Virus record (IMG/VR): IMGVR_UViG_3300038393_001050
Location: 1 to 37,640 of that record
DNA: 37,640 nucleotides
Source: a virus
Taxonomy: Duplodnaviria > Caudoviricetes
Reading direction: 5' to 3' (one strand)
Shown here: positions 33,531 through 37,640 of the stretch, piece after piece
Position numbering within the stretch: position 1 is the first letter of the stretch
Layout of the letters: the number at the start of each line of letters is the position of its first letter
The notes under the pieces: model-generated
The model's database searches: none
Told to the model about the DNA's origin: nothing
What the model saw: only the letters and a program-made list of their open reading frames with translations
Position numbers and translations under genes: made by a program

Positions 33531-33898
33531 TGCTCGGCTCCAAGGTGGGCGGTGATGCGGGGTACGCCGGACTCGTCAAGCCTTCGGTACTCGACCGGAG
33601 TGCCGGACCTCTCTGCCGCCGCGATGCCATATTCCATGCCCCGGCTGATGCCGCGATCGGTATAGACGACCGACGCATGCGCAACGGCGCGCCATGCTAG
33701 GCCGGCGTCGATGCCTCGCTTTCGCTCCGCCGGCACGGTGTCGTCGAGGATGCCAGGCTGCGTGTAGAGCAGGTGCGAGGCGATCGGCGCTTCGCCGCGC
33801 AGCAGTGAGTCGCGGACGCACGCTCGCGCGTACTCGACGTTGGCCTCAACATCGCCTGCGTAGGGGCTCTCAAGAATGACCAGTCTAGGCGTGTTCAT
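33527..33898 (-). CDS. Nucleoside-deoxyribosyltransferase-like fold protein (DUF4406-like)
   Basis: VILESPYAGDVEAN...PIASHLLY...GISRGMEYGI. Confidence 0.7.
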   Translation of the reverse strand: MNTPRLVILESPYAGDVEANVEYARACVRDSLLRGEAPIASHLLYTQPGILDDTVPAERKRGIDAGLAWRAVAHASVVYTDRGISRGMEYGIAAAERSGTPVEYRRLDESGVPRITAHLGAEQ

Positions 33899-34395
33899 TT
33901 TGCACCCTCGTGCATTTTCATTACTGCGCCCTGTAGGCCGCTGGCCCGCAGTGCGTCCGCGTTGTTCTGGCCGTAAGCGATCAAGCAGATGGGGCCGCCG
34001 CTGTTGCCGGCTGCTCGGCTACCGTCCGGCCGGTGGAAGTGGGGCCGCTTGGCGAGGAACAGGACCGCTGCAGCGTGCGGCCAGACGTGCCGCTGGAACA
34101 TGGCGGTTTCCGTCCTAGCGAACACCAGGGCGATGCCGTTGCCGTGCGCGGCCATGCGTTTCAGCCACGCCTCGGTGTGCCTGCCGAACGGCGGGTTGCA
34201 CCACACGCGGCCATGCCACGCGGCGGCCAGCCCGTCTTCGGGTAGCTCGATGTGCCGTGCAGCAGTCGGCCAGGGGCGCGGGGATGGCGCAGCGCACGGG
34301 TCCAGGTCGAACGGGCCAAGAGCCGAAAGGATCTCAGGCGGCGTCAGCCAGACGTGCGAGTCCGCAATCGGGCGCGCGGCGTAAGGGTGGACCAT
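33895..34395 (-). CDS. Phage N6-adenine DNA methyltransferase
   Basis: WLTP, FDLDPCA, DGL...W.GRVWCNPPF, ALVFARTET; start ATG 34395 (or GTG 34398). Confidence 0.9.
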   Translation of the reverse strand: MVHPYAARPIADSHVWLTPPEILSALGPFDLDPCAAPSPRPWPTAARHIELPEDGLAAAWHGRVWCNPPFGRHTEAWLKRMAAHGNGIALVFARTETAMFQRHVWPHAAAVLFLAKRPHFHRPDGSRAAGNSGGPICLIAYGQNNADALRASGLQGAVMKMHEGAK

Positions 34396-34865
34396 CACTC
34401 CCCCTCCTTGCCCGGCGTGGGGGAGACGGGCAGGGCCAATAGCCGCTTGCGCAGCTCCTTCGCCATCCAATCGTCTGGATGGTTGTCGTCGGTTTCCAGC
34501 CAACTTGGCTCGTGCTCACCCCATCTGTTGCGCAGATCGCAGAGCTGATCCGCGAACCAGTTTTCATCCGGCAGCCCATCCCCCACCGGCCCCGCCTTCT
34601 CGCCGGAGAGGGCGCGGGTGAGCTTGTCGACTTGGTTGCCGACGCGAGAGCGGCTGAAGTTGGACATGGGCGCAGTTCGCACGACGTCGTTCAATACGTC
34701 GATCACCTCCCGAATCGCCCCCACATCCACCGCCTGCGCAGGCTGGGCGAGGTGGGCCGCGTATTCGTCCAGGTAGCGTGCCGACTCGAACTCCTGAATC
34801 CGGCGCAGGCCGTCAGCCACCAGCTTCAGGCGCGCGACCTTCTGTTCCAGCGTCATAGTGGTCAT
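34395..34865 (-). CDS. Mosaic hypothetical protein, paralogue A
   Basis: Shares two near-identical blocks with 35162..35740. Confidence 0.75.
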   Translation of the reverse strand: MTTMTLEQKVARLKLVADGLRRIQEFESARYLDEYAAHLAQPAQAVDVGAIREVIDVLNDVVRTAPMSNFSRSRVGNQVDKLTRALSGEKAGPVGDGLPDENWFADQLCDLRNRWGEHEPSWLETDDNHPDDWMAKELRKRLLALPVSPTPGKEGE

Positions 34866-35605
34866 TCGGCGTCCTGGGTGGTGGCGGGGAGGGCGTTGAA
34901 ATCAGTCATGGACGCGGCTCCTTTAGAAGCTCGATCATTGCCTGTTGCATGATTCCGGCTGTTTTGTGCTTGTCGATGCTGTAGCCAAGAGCGCCTGTCG
35001 CCGTTTGACCGTTGGCGTCTAACGTGACCCACACCAGCGCCTTCACGCACGCAAACCCGGCCACGTCATCGGACGATCCGCTTTCGATCAGGTCGGCCAC
35101 GTTACGTAGACCATTCGGTATATCTGCAATGGCGCTTGCGGGTAGTTGCACCAGTTTTAAATCAGTCATGGGTGCGACCTTCCATCCGTCCGTAAAAAGA
35201 ACGTATTTCCGCCTCGCTCCTGTGCGCAGGGACGATCACATATCCGTCCAGCGCCCCAAGCGCATGACGGAACATCGCCTCGGCTTGTTTTACGGAAAAA
35301 AGGTTCGTGCCTACGGGCCACGAGTTCGGATGCTTCGGGGGGACGAACGAAATGCCATCGTCCGGACTGAAGTCATCAGGCAAACGCCAGCCAAGGAAGC
35401 GATCAACCATTGCGCTTACCCACCCATCCCCCACCGGCCCCGCCTTCTCGCCGGAGAGGGCGCGGGTGAGCTTTCCGATTTGCGAGGCAACATTGTCTCG
35501 ATAGAAGCTCGGCATCTTCGCCGTCTGCACCACGGATTCCAGCTCCGCGATCACCTCACGAATCGCCCCCACATCCACCGCCTGCGCAGGCTGGGCGAGG
35601 TGGGC
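34575..35605. repeat. Two pairs of dispersed direct repeats, 51 bp and 58 bp
   Basis: 34575-34625 = 35423-35473 (identical); 34700-34757 vs 35548-35605 (one mismatch). Confidence 0.92.
34906..35169 (-). CDS. Hypothetical protein (MTDLKLVQLP...)
   Basis: IPNGLRNVADLIESG; coupled. Confidence 0.7.
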   Translation of the reverse strand: MTDLKLVQLPASAIADIPNGLRNVADLIESGSSDDVAGFACVKALVWVTLDANGQTATGALGYSIDKHKTAGIMQQAMIELLKEPRP

Positions 35606-35740
35606 GTTCAGATGGCGAACGAATGCTTGGAACGTCTTGGCATCGAACTTCACCGAACCGTTCGGGCCATCGTGTTGATCCGCAACTGCGCCTGCACGAA
35701 TAGCAGCGCGCATTACGTCATCCAGCGTCATCGCCTCCAT
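35162..35740 (-). CDS. Mosaic hypothetical protein, paralogue B
   Basis: Start MEAMTLDD after GAGGTG RBS; contains MVDRFLGWRLPDDFSPDDGISF...PVGTNL module. Confidence 0.75.
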   Translation of the reverse strand: MEAMTLDDVMRAAIRAGAVADQHDGPNGSVKFDAKTFQAFVRHLNAHLAQPAQAVDVGAIREVIAELESVVQTAKMPSFYRDNVASQIGKLTRALSGEKAGPVGDGWVSAMVDRFLGWRLPDDFSPDDGISFVPPKHPNSWPVGTNLFSVKQAEAMFRHALGALDGYVIVPAHRSEAEIRSFYGRMEGRTHD

Positions 35741-35988
35741 CACTTCACCTCGGCGAATTTGATCGAAGCAGCGGCCAGGGTGGCGATGCGTGCAACCGTC
35801 GTTTCGCACGCCACCGACAGCGCGATAATCGTTTTGGTCCGCAGGTTGGTTTCCTTGCCGTGTTCGATCCCGTGAAGCTGCCCTTTGGACATTCCAGCCC
35901 GCTCTGCGAGCCCACTGAGAGTCCATCGCTCACGCTCCCTGTAAGCCCGTATGTATTCGCCAAGCGGGCCAACTGCGGGCTTCATCAC
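35740..35988 (-). CDS. XRE-family HTH protein
   Basis: IRAYRERERWTLSGLAERAGMSKGQLHGIEHG. Confidence 0.85.
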   Translation of the reverse strand: MMKPAVGPLGEYIRAYRERERWTLSGLAERAGMSKGQLHGIEHGKETNLRTKTIIALSVACETTVARIATLAAASIKFAEVK

Positions 35989-36140
35989 TTCACCTCCGCG
36001 CGCTGTGGTTGCGCTGGCTTCATGTTGTCGAGTAGGGCAAGCGCCGTTTCAATCGCGGCCTGACGGTCGAGCAGCGCGTCCAACTCGCACTCAAGGTCGA
36101 GCCGAGTCAGCTTGATTTGCTCGGGCGACCAGTTACCCAC
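35985..36140 (-). CDS. Small coiled-coil protein (MGNWSPEQIKL...QRAEVK)
   Basis: GTG start after GGAGGTG RBS. Confidence 0.6.
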   Translation of the reverse strand: MGNWSPEQIKLTRLDLECELDALLDRQAAIETALALLDNMKPAQPQRAEVK

Positions 36141-36624
36141 GGTCCACCTCCGCGCGCTGGGACGGGGCGGCGGCGTCACTTCCCCAATCCGGGGAGGTTG
36201 TTTTCCTGTTCTTCCCGGTAACAATGTCCCTAATGGTCTCAGGGCTCACGCCATACTTTTCGCCCAGGCGCTTGCAGCCAACGGTGCGGAACACGTATGA
36301 GGCCCTTATTTCCTCGACCTGCGCATCCGTGAGCGCCACTTTTTGACCATACACACGGCCTTTCACAGCCATGTCGCATGCGTTCTTCGCATTGTCGCCA
36401 GCCTTCAGATGGCGAGGATTCACGCACTTGGTGTTGTCGCACTTATGCATGACGGCTTCCGGGTAGAACCCGTTAGTCAGGTAGAACTGCACTCGGTGCG
36501 CTCTTGCCTGCTTGCCCTGGAAAAACATTTGGCCGTACCTGTGCCCTGACAGAGCAAAGGGCCAAATGACGCACTCGTCGGTTTCGGGTACGTCCTTGAG
36601 GAACTGAAGGCATTTATTCGCCAT
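36133..36624 (-). CDS. HNH endonuclease with C-terminal HTH
   Basis: CVIW...YG...RAHRV...VMHKCDNTKCVNPRHL...N..D; KYGVSPETIRDI. Confidence 0.9.
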   Translation of the reverse strand: MANKCLQFLKDVPETDECVIWPFALSGHRYGQMFFQGKQARAHRVQFYLTNGFYPEAVMHKCDNTKCVNPRHLKAGDNAKNACDMAVKGRVYGQKVALTDAQVEEIRASYVFRTVGCKRLGEKYGVSPETIRDIVTGKNRKTTSPDWGSDAAAPSQRAEVDRG

Positions 36625-37081
36625 GGCCATACCCCTGCGTGTTCTGCGCTGCCTTGGGCTTGACGCACTCGCTCGGGCAGCCGTGATCCTGTGCCAAGCA
36701 CTGGCCGTCTTTGCAGCCAAGCGAGCATCCGGCCACCTGCGTGTTCTGCGCGAGGGCGGCAGAGATTGCGGCGTTCAGGCGCGCAACGTCGGGATCGGTC
36801 GAAAGAAGGTCGGCCCACTCGCCTTGTTCCAGCATCCCGGCCATACGCTGGACCGCGGCCCGCACATCCACCCTCCCGGCTTGCTGGCGCAGGGTGGCGG
36901 CGAGTGCATCGCGCTCTGCGACCAGGGCGCGCACCGGCTCGGCACCGTGCCAGTTGCCCGGCTCACCCGTGCCGCCGCTGCAAAGCTGGTAAATCTCCGC
37001 GATGGTCGCGTTGGCCGTGCGGGCTTCCTGGGCGTGAATCTGCGCCTCCAGCCGCAAGCGGTCGATCAGATCGTCAGCCAT
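36614..37081 (-). CDS. Mosaic hypothetical protein
   Basis: Start MADDLIDRL after AAGGAG; internal AQNTQ duplication. Confidence 0.7.
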   Translation of the reverse strand: MADDLIDRLRLEAQIHAQEARTANATIAEIYQLCSGGTGEPGNWHGAEPVRALVAERDALAATLRQQAGRVDVRAAVQRMAGMLEQGEWADLLSTDPDVARLNAAISAALAQNTQVAGCSLGCKDGQCLAQDHGCPSECVKPKAAQNTQGYGHGE

Positions 37082-37289
37082 TTCGGCTTTCTCCTTTGGC
37101 GGTGGCGTAGATGCGTCGATTCCATACGGCGATGGCCTCTTTTTCAGACGGCCACCAACCAATGCCGACCGGGCCGCACATGAGCTGGTAGTCGCAGTCA
37201 GGACAGCCCACGCCCCAGCATGCGTCCTCTATAAATTCGGTTTCGCCCGACTCACCGCAGAACGGGCACGACTGTAAGTCGGCCATCAC
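37074..37289 (-). CDS. lar: Lar-family restriction alleviation protein
   Basis: LQSCPFCG...CPDC...EAIAVWNRR. Confidence 0.8.
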   Translation of the reverse strand: MMADLQSCPFCGESGETEFIEDACWGVGCPDCDYQLMCGPVGIGWWPSEKEAIAVWNRRIYATAKGESRNG

Positions 37290-37480
37290 CTTCCCTCCGA
37301 CTTGGCGGGAGTGCAGGCGGCGAGGGCGGCGATTAATGCCGCACGGATGCCAATGCGGGCCGCCTCGATCTGTCCGTCATCCCAGCTTGTCTCGCATCGA
37401 TCTACCTTCTGGACGTGTGCGTCCCATGCATCCACGTAGGCGTCTAAGGCACGATCAACCATTTCCTTGGTCACGGTCAT
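37286..37480 (-). CDS. Hypothetical protein (MTVTKEMVDRA...RAALIAAL)
   Basis: GAGG RBS; start at 37480. Confidence 0.7.
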   Translation of the reverse strand: MTVTKEMVDRALDAYVDAWDAHVQKVDRCETSWDDGQIEAARIGIRAALIAALAACTPAKSEGR

Positions 37481-37529
37481 GGCGGGCCTCAGAAGTAGGA
37501 GTGGTGGCGGAATTGGCGGAAGGGGATGT

Positions 37530-37640
37530 TCATGCTGCTTGCTCCTGCTCGGGGCAGAGTGGCGTGTTGTGCTTGTGCCATTCCGCGTGATGGGTTGTGC
37601 AGAGCCACCGAACATCCAGCGGCTTGCTGTAGTCGTCGTG
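37530..37640 (-). CDS. C-terminus of an HNH-like phage protein (partial)
   Basis: HDDYSKPLDVRWLCTTHHAEWH read from the window end. Confidence 0.75.
   Translation of the reverse strand, partial: HDDYSKPLDVRWLCTTHHAEWHKHNTPLCPEQEQAA

Larger units (their letters stand above)
1..37640. mobile_element. Temperate lambdoid podovirus-type phage, excised or circularly permuted form, incomplete at both ends
   Basis: Continuous phage gene order from immunity through replication, lysis, head, tail and attP-int-xis to early-left genes; no host housekeeping genes; attP has arm repeats on both sides. Confidence 0.95.

Noticed and set aside
34626-35547. Diversity-generating retroelement TR/VR pair
   Set aside because: Differences are not adenine-specific and no reverse transcriptase is present in the window
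35832-35843. Extra integrase arm-like site (TTTTGGTCCGCA; also GTCCGCAATC near 34360)
   Set aside because: Isolated matches inside CDSs, far from the core; probably chance

Overview
The whole window is most of a high-GC temperate lambdoid phage genome with a P22/SU10-type podovirus virion module, probably from a Xanthomonadales-like host (inference). It appears to be the excised or circularly permuted form. An intact attP lies inside the window (3' half of tRNA-Leu(UAA) with integrase arm repeats on both sides), and leftward early genes run off both ends. Gene order: early-left genes including a pentapeptide-repeat protein; immunity region (cI-like repressor without an S24 peptidase, five 11-bp operators, cro, cII-like); O/P-like replication genes with iterons; nin region; Q-like regulator; a ~320-nt highly structured intergenic region; lysis genes; terminase, portal, scaffold and capsid; tail adaptor and nozzle; four ejection-type proteins; an antisense Rap1a-like moron; a tail fibre ending in a Hint (intein-like) domain; attP, integrase and excisionase; and a mosaic early-left accessory region (adenine MTase, HNH, Lar, XRE, paralogous cassettes joined by short direct repeats). 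The most notable observations are the candidate structured RNA after Q, TonB-box-like motifs in a putative ejection protein, the tail-fibre Hint domain, a D-arm-less mini-tRNA formed at attP, and repeat-bounded protein modules. All family calls come from motif recognition and synteny by eye; no database searches were run.
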